A stretch of 63,794 nucleotides of DNA, the filler included, from Pelomyxa schiedti (taxonomy: Eukaryota > Protista > Evosea): assembly GCA_020536535.1 (NCBI GenBank). It is 8 parts of 8 records of this genome, joined end to end, with 100 filler letters (N's around TTAATTAATTAA, not from the genome) between each part and the next. Parts side by side here need not be neighbours in the genome. Positions count along the whole stretch, not along the records: positions 1 to 12,476 come from JAHLWZ010000639.1; 7 more parts are not named here. The stretch is one strand, 5' to 3'. This document shows positions 1-12,575 of the stretch, piece by piece. The stretch's first letter is position 1; every line of letters begins with the position of its first letter. A model generated the notes under the pieces. It ran no database searches and was not told the origin of the DNA. It saw nothing but the letters and a program-made list of their open reading frames with translations. The translations under genes and the position numbers were made by a program.

Positions 1-3000
1 AATGTTGTAAGTACCCCGTCAGAGGAGATGAAAAATACGATCATAGGAAAAGATCGCTGCAGTTGCTGTCTGAGCTGTGTCAGAATCTGGAATGTAAACA
101 GTAACATTCAAGCCTGCTCCAACTCCTACAGGAGGAGAGCAACCAATCTGTGTGTGGGCAACTTTCACACGTGCAGAGCTGCACACATCCCCATTTATTT
201 TTACTCCTACCTGTTAAACGCATGAACAGAACTGAAAAAAAAAAAAGTACAATACGTTAGTTCCAAGTGGTCCAAAATTGGAGCCATAGATGATAGCCTC
301 TTGTCTTCCGTCAGTCCCTGAACCATCTGCAGAGGACAAGGTCGGGGCTGCCAAAGTTGAGTTGGACAAGAAATTTGACCCACAGTACCATTATAGGAGA
401 AGATCGACTTAGTACTGGAAAGAGGGAAACTGTATCCCGTAGAAGTTGCTGGGATGGAGACTTGAACAGGCAATAATCCTCCAGCCCCTGGAGGCGGGAT
501 ACATGCTATTTCCACATGTGCTCGGCTCACAGAGGCATTAGCGCAGATTTTTCCGTCAATTGTAACAGCAACAGACGAATTCAATGGTCCAAAGTTGCTT
601 CCAGTAAGAATTACAGGGATGCCTCCTTTTGTGTCACAGGAAGTAGTACTATCCAGCTTAGGAGCTATCAGAGTTAGCATTATTTATTTGATTGAAATGC
701 ACACCATTGTATGAAAATACATTGGAGGAGGCATAGTGGTCAAGGCCAGGAACCAATACCTCAGTTTGGGTTTGTTAAGTGCCACGAGTTTATTGATGGT
801 TACCTCCACTTTCAGTGAAGATCCACAGCCTGGTGGAGGGGAACAGGCAATTTGCTTATGTGCTACTTGGACAAAAGCGTTTGGACAATTGACGGAGTTT
901 ATACGAACGGTCACGTTTGCCCCAATGGGACCAAAATTCGCTCCACTTATAACTGTCTTAGATGGGGCATCAGTATCGATTGGGCTTGCAGAAGTTATTT
1001 CAGGAGCTGCGTAATTTCAACCAATTTGGAGGAAAAAGACACCACACCTTTGTAAGAAAAAACAGAGTCTGTATGCTGGGCATGATTTGGATCTGAAGGA
1101 ATCCATAGACGGAGGGGGAGTACACCATATCCAGGTGGTGGGTAGCAAGAAACCTTGGTATGATTCTTGGACACCCAAGGTTCGCGGCAAGGTTGCCCTC
1201 CAATTGTGATATTGAAAGTTGCATCCAGAGATGATCCTAGGTTAAATCCTTCGATTACAAGCGACTCATTTCCATCCGTGTTGGCACGTGAGACAGAGGA
1301 AATTGAAGGTGCTACTAATATTGAGATTGTGCAAAGAATGTGAAAAGCAGACCTGTGTAGTCGAATACAGAAGAACTACAGTTCTGGGAGCCAAACTTTC
1401 CCTCAGCAGGTACCCAAACACCCACCACAACTTCAGCTCCAACACCAGGAGGCGCAATGCATTGAATCTGGAAATGGTCTACCCAGATAGTGGCATTCAA
1501 GCATGGTTTGCCACCAATTCGTACAGAGACACCTCCGGCAGCATCCAAGGTGCCAAAATTAGTGCCATATATCCTTACACTGGTACTTCCTGCTGTATCA
1601 GCAGAGCTGGCGAAAGATACAGTTGGAACTGCAGTGGGAATAGTGTAAAAAAAAAAAAAAAAAAAGTGATCCTGTACAATTGTAAGAAAAAGCACTAGCC
1701 GAGTACTGCAATGAAGGACGCCCAAATCTGGCAACAAAGACAGTAACTGTCAACCCTTCAAAGTTTCAAAGTGAGAAAGCGGCACCATGGGGAAACGGGG
1801 GAAGGACACACCAGCACCAGTAACATTGGCTGGTGGGTAACACTGAATCTCATGATGCGGAACAGAAACGGCAGCCTCAGTGCATTCACTTCCATTAATG
1901 GTTACACGAACCACTGTATCCAGAGGACCAAAGTTTTTCCCTGAAATCTATGAGGGGTCAAAACAAATGAATATATTCTTGGGTCCAACTCGTGTTTGAA
2001 CACGTTCATATGTATTAATACCAGTTGCAGAGTAGACTATTGGGCCTATCAAAAAGGTTGGTAGAGACGAGGAAAGGAGACTGTACCATTGTAAGAAAAA
2101 ATGTCAGCATAACCCTCAGTTTGGTTTCCAGTTTTTGGGAGCACAAAAATAGTTGTTGTGACATTTACACCAATACCGTTAGGTGGGTAACATTGTATTT
2201 CCGTATGAGCAATAGTCACAGTGGCGTTAGTGCACCATTGCCCATCGATCGTAACATTCACTGGCGTACCAACTGGGCCAAAGTTAGTGCCTGTTATAAG
2301 CGTCTTCATTGGGGGGTAGTTCAAGGTATCAACACTGGTGGAACTGAATGGGATCGGATCTTGTATCGACTTAGAGGGAAAAGGGGGTTATGGTGGACTT
2401 ACTATCATATGAAAATATATACGCCTTGCCCACAGTGAAATCGGCACCCGGTGAGGCAACACGGACCAAGACAATAAGATCTGCCCCAGCCCCAGCTTGA
2501 GGTACACATGTTATGTGTGTATGATTGAGTACAGTTGAATTATTGCATTTCTGTCCACCGATTTCAACTTCACTGAGTGTACCAGCAGGACCAAAGTTTT
2601 TCCCAACAATAACAGTAGTACCATTACCGGCTGTTGGAGTGGAACTGGAATAAGATGGAATAGGTGCTTGGGGAAAAGGTTAGGTTGAAAGTACTTCAAT
2701 GGGATTGAACTACCTTCATAAGAAAAAACTGGAGTACTCGGGGAGCTTGCATTAAGGTCTTTATAAATAAAGTATACAACAACAGGAAGATTAGCTCCAG
2801 CTCCAGGTGGAGGAAGGCAAGTTATTTCTGTATCATCTTTCACTACTTGTGGATCTTCACAAGAAAGCCCATTGATTTTTACGTGCACGCCTGTGCCACC
2901 AACTGGGCCAAAATGTTGTCCTAGTATGGTGGTCTGTGTAGTTCCAGTTGTAGGAACTTGTGTGGCATTTGAAATTTCGGGGTCTGGTTTTAGAAATGTT

Positions 3001-6000
3001 GGTTGGAAAGGTAGACATAAGATGATACAAACATGTATATGAAAATAGAGTAGCATTGACTACAACAAAGTCTGAACTCCCTTTAGGGGCAATGCCAACA
3101 GTAACGAGAGCGGCTGTCCCTTCTCCAGGTGGTGGAGAGCAAAGAATTTTCGTGTGTGATACTACTGAGGCATTTTTACAAGATACACCTCTAATAGTGA
3201 CCCACACAGATGTCTCATTTGGCTCTCCAAAGTTTTCTCCATAAATGTACGCCATGAATCCGTTTTGGGTTGGAAAGCTGGAGCCCCCAGTGATAATGGG
3301 ATCTATTAGTGGACAGTGAGGGCAATGGAAAAACTGAGGATCTACCAGCATAGCGGAAAGTAGCATATCCAAACTGTGGGTCATCCAATGGAGTGCCCAC
3401 AGATAAGGCCTTGGTTCCAACCCCTGGGGGTGGGTAACATTTAATTTCCGTATGAGCAACTGTTATGGTAGCAGAGGAACAGTTGTGGAGCCCAATCTGT
3501 ACAAAGACTTGAGTCCCGAGTGGTCCAAAGTTTTGGCCTGTTATGGTGGTTTGGACCAGGCCATTTGTGTTGACAGGTGTGGCATTGATTATGCTGGGTT
3601 CTATTATATTTGTGAGTTTTTTATCTTCCAAAGGGTCATCATACTGCTGTAGTTGAACAGTGTGATGGAAGAAAAAGTTTGGGCGCTAGATCCAGAGGAA
3701 GGAACAGAGACTGAGAGTGGCTTAAATGCACCAGCTCCTGGGGGCGCAATACAGGAAAGGTGCACATGAGGCTCGAGTAAGGATACATTAGTGCAGGGCT
3801 GGCTATTTATTTGCACATCGATACTGTCAACTGGCCCGAAATTAACTCCATAAATATTGATCAGTTCGCCTTGTGTCACAGAATTGTCACAAGAATAAAC
3901 TATTGGTTCTGGAATAAAGTAAATACTCAAGGGCACATGGAACAAAAGATACTTGGGTAATTGAAGGAATTTGAGGTACTGGTGGAAGAATTTAGACCCC
4001 CAGGAAGAAGTACAGTAATTACAACTTCCAAACTTTTGCCGCAACCTGGAGGAGGTGTACATTGAAGTTCCGTGTTATTGGTTATTACAACTATGTCTCT
4101 ACAAGGAGTTCCGCTAATAGTGATGTTAATTTGGGAGCCAGATACACCGAGGTGATCACCGTGAATGGATACCTAAAATTTGAAAGTAAGGCCTATGAGA
4201 AAAAAACTATGTATTACAGTGGAGTTTCCGAAAGTTGAAAGAGGTTCAGATATTGAGGAGATCACAGGGCTGTCAGGAACAAAAACACTTGCAGAGGTTT
4301 GCACCCATGCAGTATCACCAACATTGGACAACCACACAGTAACTAATGGACCTACTTCGATGTAAACAAGGAGGGTTACAGAGTCATTAGAGCTACCCAT
4401 GGTTCCTGGTGCTGGGGTGCATTTAATAACTGTATGTGCCACATATATAATCGAATCAGAGCACTCCTTATCAGGTGCAATGACAACTTTAACCCGGGTG
4501 CCCAGTGGCCCAAAGTTTCCACCATTTATAAGAACAGAGCCATTGTACACTCCAGCAGAAAGAATAACAGGGGCTGACAGAATAAGTTTACGCATGAGTT
4601 GTAAGACATACGGCTGTAGTGGAATACAGTATTACTTCCAGTTTGACCTGATACAGTTACTGCGACTGCCTTATTTTCACCAACACCAGGAACAGGAAAG
4701 CAAGATAATGCCTAAAGCAATTAAGAGAAAAAGAAAAACAAAGGAAAAAACTTACACTGTGTGAAAACAGTGAAACTGGTGAACAATAATCACCTCCAAC
4801 AGTTACAGAGACTAAAGATGCAGAAGCCCCGAAGTTAGATCCAACAATCACCGTAGGATTCTTTCCATCTGTGGATACAGCTGTGGCAGTAATAACGGTA
4901 GGGGCTGAACGGCAATAAGAAAGGGAAAAGAGGCCAAGATTACCTTGGTAAGACAGGAGTGCGTAGTAAGTATTGCTGAGAGGGTAGCTATCTATGGAAC
5001 TACTCAGCCACACATCATGGCTCTGCCCAGAACCTGGCCCAATAACACATGACATTCGAGTATTGTCAACTTCCACAATTGAGAAGTTGCAGTCCTTTCC
5101 GTCAACTTGGACAGCAACCTGCACTTTATTATTACGGAAAAATAATTTTACTGTAACATTACCTTTGTGCCAACAGGGCCGTAGTTAAGGCCTACCAGAG
5201 TAATTCTGCCACCATCAGTTGGTGGTGATGAGATTGATGAAATAGTTGGAACTAAACTATTAAATCACACTTCAAGAAAAACCAATAGTAGGCAGTACCA
5301 CTATAGGAGAAAACCCTTTGAGCAATCGAGGTCTGTGAGCTGACATTCACTTGTACGTTGTGACCCCCTCCTATAACGGCAGGTTAAGTGAAGATTTGCA
5401 TGAGAATTACCGACCTATCCCAGGTGGTGTTGTGCAGGAGATCGATGATTGGCTTAGGACTTGGGCATTAGAACAGGCGGTACTATCTATGAGTGCAGAG
5501 ACAGGTGTTGTACCAGTAGGTCCAAAGTTAGTCCCAGTAATGTACGTTATGGCACCAGTGGTGACCGTACTTGTTGCTGAGGAAACAGACGGCGCTACAG
5601 GGAATTTAATATCATCAAAACTGGTCGATACACGGACCATTGTAAGAGAATACACTTGCATAACCCGTTAAACCTGAAATAGTTACACTAATAGTACGCT
5701 TCACACCAGCACCCGGTGGGGGGTAGCAAGTTATTTGCGTGTGAGAAAGAACGGTAGGATTAGAGCAAGTTCCAGTTCCAATAGTTACAGTGGCCTTCAT
5801 AGAGATAAATAATCAAAAGGAGAAAGTGTTGATACAGTAGTTCCAGCAGGGCCAAAGTTCGTGCCTGTGATGGTTGTAAGGGTGCTACTATCAGTGTTTG
5901 CTGGTGTTGCTAATGAAACAATTGGAGCTGTATTCAGCCGTTAAATAAAAGTTTTTCTAAAAGGGGGGATACCAGGATATGTATAGGATCCTGTTCCGCG

Positions 6001-6634
6001 TCGAGAGTCCCCTGACGTTACTTGAATTGAGACCGTTTTGGTTCCCACACCAACAGGAGGGTTGCACTGAATCTGAGTGTGAGCTACGGTAACAGAAGCG
6101 CCTGTACAAGACACTCCTCCAATCCACACAGCAACTACAGTAACACGGGTTCACAATTGTTGAAACAATAATGGTGTGATACCGTAAGTCCCAGTAGGTC
6201 CAAAATTGTTGCCAGTTATTGTAACTTTAGTTATTCCGTCAGTACTGCCCCCCGTAACACCATAGCATGCTGGAGCTTGTTCCGATTAAGTGCACAAACG
6301 TCAGTAAGAAAAGGAACTTACCATTGTAGTCAAAAATGTTCGCAGAGCAACCACAGGTGCTGATAGAAATAGGCAAATCGACACCAGCACCAGCCGGCGC
6401 CGTGCACGTGACGGTATTTGACATGCCCCAGGAGTTGTAGTCACTTCCGTACTGGTTGGAGCACGTTTTGCCGCCAATGGTGACGGTGAAGTCATTGTTG
6501 TACCTCCAGGAGAGACTTTGCCCTCTGATAGTGATACTAGTGCTTCCGTACGTGTCTGACGACGTAGAGCTGGAAATCCACTGCCCCCAGCCGGCATCGG
6601 CACCACAAAAAAAAAACGCGGCAACGACAACCAT
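1..6634 (-). CDS. Giant multi-exon cell-surface/secreted protein with at least 20 tandem IPT/TIG (Ig-like) domains; 3' end lies beyond the window start
   Basis: Hydrophobic signal peptide MVVVAAFFFCGADAG at 6634 (upstream in-frame ATGs exist). The motif ITGxNFGPxG..V.V.I.G..C....V..HT.I.C..PPG.G recurs about every 330 bp (20 copies counted from about 6530 to 280), split by short introns. Confidence 0.9.
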
Positions 6635-7085
6635 TACTGCCGCTAGTCTGCAGTCGCTGCCGCGGCACCAACGAATACTGCAAGATCTAGATCCGGGTCT
6701 CCACCTGCCATGCCGCACCATCGTTGCCCTCTGCATTTTTTTTAAAAAGGATTCCTTCGATGCTTTTTCCTTTGTTCCAAAATCTTGATAATCCCAGCAT
6801 AAACGGTCCAGTGCTTCGTTGATTTCGGAAAAGTAGGCCCCGATCTGAGCCATCAACTGGCATTCTGCCAACGAATCTTTTGGGCTCGCCATCTCCTTGG
6901 CTCAGAAAAAATCACGGTGCATGTTCATTAGTAGTCTCTCGCAGGCTCAATCAGGATGATGGGACCCCCAGAGCCTCAGTCTTCAAGCCAATTGGGCGAA
7001 ACTCGTTTGAATTCGAATCAATCCCCTTTTCTTCTTTCGAAGCGTCGCGCGCCTTTTCGTCGTGTGCTGTAGTTATCCCATAACG

Positions 7086-9382
7086 ATGTCTTCTTCGTCT
7101 TCTTCGCTGCTGGTTATCAAGAACGGGACGGTCGTCAACCACGACCGCCGGTTCGCCGCGGACGTCTACTGCCGCGACGGCAAAATCGCTGCGGTGGTGG
7201 TGCCGGCCGCCACCCCGGGCGCGAGTGGTGGGATTATGGGAGACGGTGGGGACTGGAGCGGAGCACAAGTGATCGACGCACGTGGGATGTACGTGATGCC
7301 TGGGGGCATTGATCCTCACACTCACTTACAGATGCCTTTTATGGTGTGGCCCAACAATTGGGTTGGGTTGGCTGGGGGCTTGAGTTGTATTATTACTATT
7401 ATTATTATTATTATTATTTTTTTTGTGTTGTGTTTTTTGTGTATGCGAAATGATTGTTGTTGCTGGTGTGTTTGTTTTTTGTTTGAATTTTGTGGTTGTA
7501 GTTCCATTAGCTTATGCTTTGGGTGTATTTGCATACTTACCGTTGTAGGGGACAGTCACCGTGGATGATTGGGAAAGTGGAACTAGGTGTGCTGTGGCTG
7601 GAGGGACAACTACAGTCAGTTTGTATTCAAACTTTCTTTTTTGGTCTCCTAAGGTCTTTCTTAGTTGACTTCATTATTCAGCCAAAGAATAGCAGCCTTC
7701 TTTCGGCCTTTAACAGTTGGAAAGAGCGCGCAGCAGGCAAAGCCCACTGCAATTATGGCTTTCATTGTGCCGGTATACAAACTTTTTTAACCACATGCAA
7801 AGNNNNNNNNNNNNNNNNNNNNNNNNNNNNNNNNNNNNNNNNNNNNNNNNNNNNNNNNNNNNNNNNNNNNNNNNNNNNNNNNNNNNNNNNNNNNNNNNNN
7901 NNCCAAAGAATAGCAGCCTTCTTTCGGCCTTTAACAGTTGGAAAGAGCGCGCAGCAGGCAAAGCCCACTGCAATTATGGCTTTCATTGTGCCGGTATACA
8001 AACTTTTTTAACCACATGCAAAGGACTTACTTTTTTCAGTGACTACTTGGAATCCTAGTGTATCAGAGGAGTATGCATTAATGGCAAAGGAGGGAGTCAC
8101 CTCGTTCAAGCACTTTATGGCATATAAAGGTAAACATCTTGAACAGGGATAGGAAAGATCTTACAAAAAAAAAAGGTGCCCTTATGCTCAATGACACGGA
8201 GCTTATAGAAAGCTTCTTGCGGTGCAAAGAACTTGGTCTCCTTCCTTCTGTTCACGCGGAAAATGGAGACCTTATCTTCTGGGCACAGAAATCGTTAATT
8301 GCGAAAGGAATCACTGGCCCAATTGGTCACCCCCTTTCTCGGCCGTCCCAGGCAACGACGCTCCTTTCGTTTCCCGCTTGATAACACCCATAACTAACTC
8401 ATTTTAAGGTGGAAGGGGAAGCTGTCCAACGTGCTTGTGTGATTGCACGCCAAGTTGGAACTCCCCTTGTTGTGGTTCACAACACATCAGCACCCGCCGT
8501 TGATGCAATTGTGCGTGCTCAGCAGTCTGGCCAAGTCGTTTTTGGGGAGACAACAGCCATTCATCTTACTCTTGATGAGTCGCGGTACAGTGACCCAAAT
8601 TGGGATGTTGCAGCTCACCATGTGTTGTCACCACCACTGCGGTCAAAGGGTATGCATGCCATCCAACAAACTCTTTGCACTTCGCGGTTCTGATTCCATA
8701 CACAGCTGACGTGGAATACTTGTGGAATGCACTCCATGCCGGGGGCCTTCAGTACATTGCAACAGACCATTGCACCTTTTCAACAGAGCAAAAGAGAATG
8801 GGAAAGGTAATGCTGAACAGCTTCTTTGCCCGCCAAATGAACCCAAATAATAACAGGCCGATTTCAGCCGGATTCCAAATGGTTGCCCTGGACTTGAGGA
8901 ACGCATGCTTGTTGTATGGCAAGGTGGTGTTGTTTCAGGCCGCATGTCATTGGAAAAATTTGTTGATTCAACAAGGTACCCTTTTTCTATGTCCAAAAAA
9001 AAAACCTCAAAATACAAAACAGCACATTTGCTGCGAGGCTGTACAACATGTTCCCAAATAAAGGAACCATCATGGCTGGAAGTGACGCCGACATTGTATT
9101 GTGGGATCCAAACACTCCCCGAACCATTTCGTCGAAGGTATTTTTTTTTTTCTTTGCCCAGCCAAGCACTCACTGTCCATAACTCTCTTTTTTTTTTCAA
9201 AACCCACACAGACACACCAGTCCAAGATTGACTACAACGTGTTTGAAGGGTTCACCAGCAGTGGGTCACCCTCAGTCACAATTGTGGGAGGCCGTGTTGT
9301 GTATCAAAATGGTGCTGTTCACCCAAGTTGCACTGGTCACTTTGTCCCACGCACTCCTTTTGGACTGGCCTACAACATGTAA
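7086..9382 (+). CDS. DPYS: Dihydropyrimidinase / D-hydantoinase (amidohydrolase superfamily), multi-exon
   Basis: [10 protein letters not shown]; [24 protein letters not shown] (HxH); AGGTTT; SFKHFMAYK; VHAENGD; VLSPPLR; IATDHCTF; [12 protein letters not shown]; [11 protein letters not shown]; YNVFEG. Confidence 0.95.
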
Positions 9383-9454
9383 TGTAAATGCATTACCACT
9401 TGTGCCAAAACTTAGATTTTCTGTCCTGTGTTCGTTGTGTGACGACAAGGCCAC

Positions 9455-10740
9455 AAGGTCGGGCTTATCAGTACTCGAAAAGATCAGGTGGATTTCCTCG
9501 AACTTGATTTCCTCAGATGTCGGGTGTGCTGTCTCAGCAGTTCAGTCTCTCAGTCTGGGCGTTGGTGCTCGTGCTTGCAGAGAGTTTGCTTGTGTTTTCC
9601 CACTGAATCACAATAACATCTACTTCATTTTTACACCTTTCAGAAACTATGAAAGGAAATTGGTTTTGAGCATTGGGAACACACAGAAGAAACCACAATG
9701 TTCAGAAATCCCAATGTGGAGTAACAATGCATTCTGAACACTTGTTTGACACCATATGGGGATGTCCAATGCCTTAAGTCAACACAACCCAAGTCCAACA
9801 TTTGACTCTGTGAAAGTGAGTCCACTGAATACAGGGAAGTCCTGGGAAGTAACTGCAATTCACACCCACCATAAAAACACTTTGTTTCTACGCAATCTTG
9901 CATCAGTATAAGCATAGTGTGCTGTGTAGTTGTGTTGTTGGGTATTGCCCAACCTGGGGGAAAAAGAAAAAGAAAAAGAAAAAAGGGAAACCACACAAAA
10001 GTGGCTCACCTTGTTCGCACACTTTTGTGTGGAGAATAAAACATGCAAAAACACAACACTTTTTTCTGGAGTGTGCATACAGGCCCTGTGCCATCTGGCT
10101 TAAGGTTGGGATGAATTCCTGCTCAGAATGCGTCACGGCGGGCATCGCCGTGACGCATTTTGAGATGTTTCTCCCTTTTGGGTTTCCCCTGTTCAAATGG
10201 CACATGGGGGAGGGGAGGTGACACTGAGGCCTGTGCAGTGGTGTTGCATTGCAAGTGGGGAAGTGCTCAACAGCTCAAGATAATTGTCTCACTTTGAACA
10301 AAACAAAACCAACAAAAATATCACCTTCATTTTTTGGTTAGAAAGTGTGAATGGCTGTGTAGGGGCACTTTTTTCTGGAGTGTGCATACAGGCCCTGTGC
10401 CATCTGGCTTAAGGTTGGGATGAATTCCTGCTCAGAATGCGTCACGGTGGGCATCGCCTGTGTAGGGGCACTTTTACAGGGTCTGTAGGCACACTCCAGA
10501 ACCAACAAAAACATTCTGTTCTTTGTTCTGTTTGTTTGTTGTTTTGATTTGTATTGTGATTCTAAGGTCAGAGTGTGTTGATAAGGTCTCGCAATCAATG
10601 TGAACAATCAGGTGATTTCCACAAACTTTATTTCCTAAGATGTAAGGTCCAAGTGCTGACTCAGTGGGTCAGTCTCTCAGTCTCAGTGTTTGTGCTCATG
10701 CTCACAGAGAGTTTGCTTGTGTATTCTACAGCATCACACA
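9455..10740. mobile_element. Putative non-autonomous element: diverged direct repeats of about 150 bp (about 9455-9612 and 10581-10740) around a non-coding, hairpin-rich interior
   Basis: ATCAGGTG(G)ATTTCC..AACTT.ATTTCCT.AGATGT...TCAGTCTCTCAGTCT...GTGCTC.TGCT..CAGAGAGTTTGCTTGTGT occurs at both ends. An internal duplication of about 90 bp lies at 10057-10149 and 10366-10458. Confidence 0.45.
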
Positions 10741-10910
10741 CTGTTGTGTGAGGGACAATTTTTTATGCTTGTACAAGAATGGAAAAATGATCAAAAATCC
10801 TTCCAAAACCAGCAAAAACCTGAGTGAGAGTGTGTACAGCTGGGGAGAAAAACAGGGGCTGGAGTGTTTGGCCTTGATCAGGTGTTGACAGCATGGTTTG
10901 GGCAAGTTTT

Positions 10911-12393
10911 TCATGTGTTGCTGCTTGATTGCAAGGACCTCAGTGTGGCAACAGCACCCCTGTGACCCAGGTCAGCAGCCTGACGCCACAATCCAAGTGC
11001 CCTGGCAGTATCCTTGTCAATACCATCAATAACGCCTTGCAAGGTTGAACATTGCCTGGGCATCACCAGCATCAGCAGCCCTCTGATAAACCCTGTGGTA
11101 CAGGGTCATTGCCTTGTGAGTGTCCTTGCCAACACCTTCACCATTGTAATAACATGCACCAAGGTTGCACATTGCACCAGCATCACCAGCATCAGAAGCC
11201 CTCTGCCACAGTGTTGCTGCCTTGTGAGTGTCCTTGCCAACACCTTCACCACTGTAATAACACAGACCAAGGTTGCACATTGCAACAGTGTGACCAGCAT
11301 CAGCAGCCCTCTGGTACAGTGTTGCTGCCTTGTGAGTGTCCTTCTCAACACCAGAGCCATTATTATAACAGACACCAAGGTTGAACATGGCCTTGGGATT
11401 ACTAGCATCAGCAGCCCTCTGATAAAGTGTCACTGCCTTGTCAACATCCTCGTCAACACCATCACCATGGAAATAACACACACCAAGGTTGAACATTGCC
11501 AGGGCGTCACCAGCACCAGCAGCCTTCTGGTACAGTGTCACTGCCTTGTGAGTGTCCTTGCCAACACCTTCACCATAGTAATAACATGCACCAAGGTTAC
11601 ACATTGCCCTGGTATTACCAGCAGCAGCAGCCCTCTGGTACAGTGTCACTGCCATGGGAATGTCCACAGCAACACCAGTGCCACCTCCATAACTAGTACC
11701 AAGGTTGTACATTGCGGTGGCATCACCAGCATCAGCAGCCCTCTGGTACAGTGTAACTGCCTTGTGAATATCCTTCTCAGCACCACCAAGACCAAAATCA
11801 TAGCAGAGGCCCAGAGATGTGACAGAGGAAACCCACCAGTGAAGCTCACCCATGGAAGAAGCAATCAGGGGATTGCTTCTGTCTTCAACAACACTGATGT
11901 TGGTGTAATGTGATGAACTCATTTCAGTAAAAATGTGTGGTGCTGATGAACCTTGGTGTTTGTCCTCAGAAGAGCAGAACATCCTCCACAGGGCAACAAA
12001 GTACATGTGGGACCACAACTGTTCTACTGAACCTTCCATGGGTGTTGATTGTGATTGTGGATCAACATTGCCTCTCGAAGCTGCAGTTGACACAAGGTCA
12101 GTCCATTCAGAAATAACCTCTTTTTTGTGGTAGAGAGTCTCCTGCTGGTCTGATGTTTCACTGAGGTAACTCAACACACGCCTGCAATATGCTCTCATTT
12201 CCTCTGTTGGGAAGGAGATGGCACGAGAGAAATCCAGAGACAGGCACGTTGGAATGTGCTGATGAAGTGACACGTGGTCATTGATGACACAACGGAGACA
12301 AACAAGGAACAAGAGAGCAGGGAGGTATCCACACTGATGGTCATGATGTGATTCTGATTTGTGTTGGTTGGATGAAAACAAGCAAAGACACAT
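10911..12393 (-). CDS. Sel1-like repeat protein (7 complete SLRs plus a frameshifted 8th); 5' end uncertain, near the contig edge
   Basis: 36-aa repeats AMxNLGxCYxxGxGVxKDxxKAxTLYQRAADAG. After the stop at 11026 the repeat continues in another frame (DGIDKDTARALGLWRQAADLGH) to TGA at 10911. Confidence 0.9.
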
Positions 12394-12476
12394 TCACACC
12401 AAACAGGCAGTAGGCGTGGGCAACAAGAGCAAGGGCAGAGTCAATTTTTCCGACTTGCAACTCCACAAGTGCTTCC

Positions 12477-12575
12477 NNNNNNNNNNNNNNNNNNNNNNNN
12501 NNNNNNNNNNNNNNNNNNNNTTAATTAATTAANNNNNNNNNNNNNNNNNNNNNNNNNNNNNNNNNNNNNNNNNNN
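12477..12575. other. Artificial contig linker N-TTAATTAATTAA-N (also at about 31003, 36229, 39545, 42756, 44537 and 52783)
   Basis: Identical six-frame-stop 12-mer embedded in Ns; genes are cut at the linkers and do not resume after them. Confidence 0.95.

Noticed and set aside
7683-8022. Apparent tandem duplications flanking 100-N gaps (also near 20749, 30377 and 42063)
   Set aside because: Exact overlaps of about 100-120 bp on either side of a gap are unmerged scaffold overlaps
11014-11913. 299-aa plus-strand repetitive ORF
   Set aside because: Antisense shadow of the Sel1 repeat gene
12477-12575. Recurrent TTAATTAATTAA motif flanked by Ns (7 times)
   Set aside because: Artificial six-frame-stop linker between contigs, not biological; synteny across it was not used
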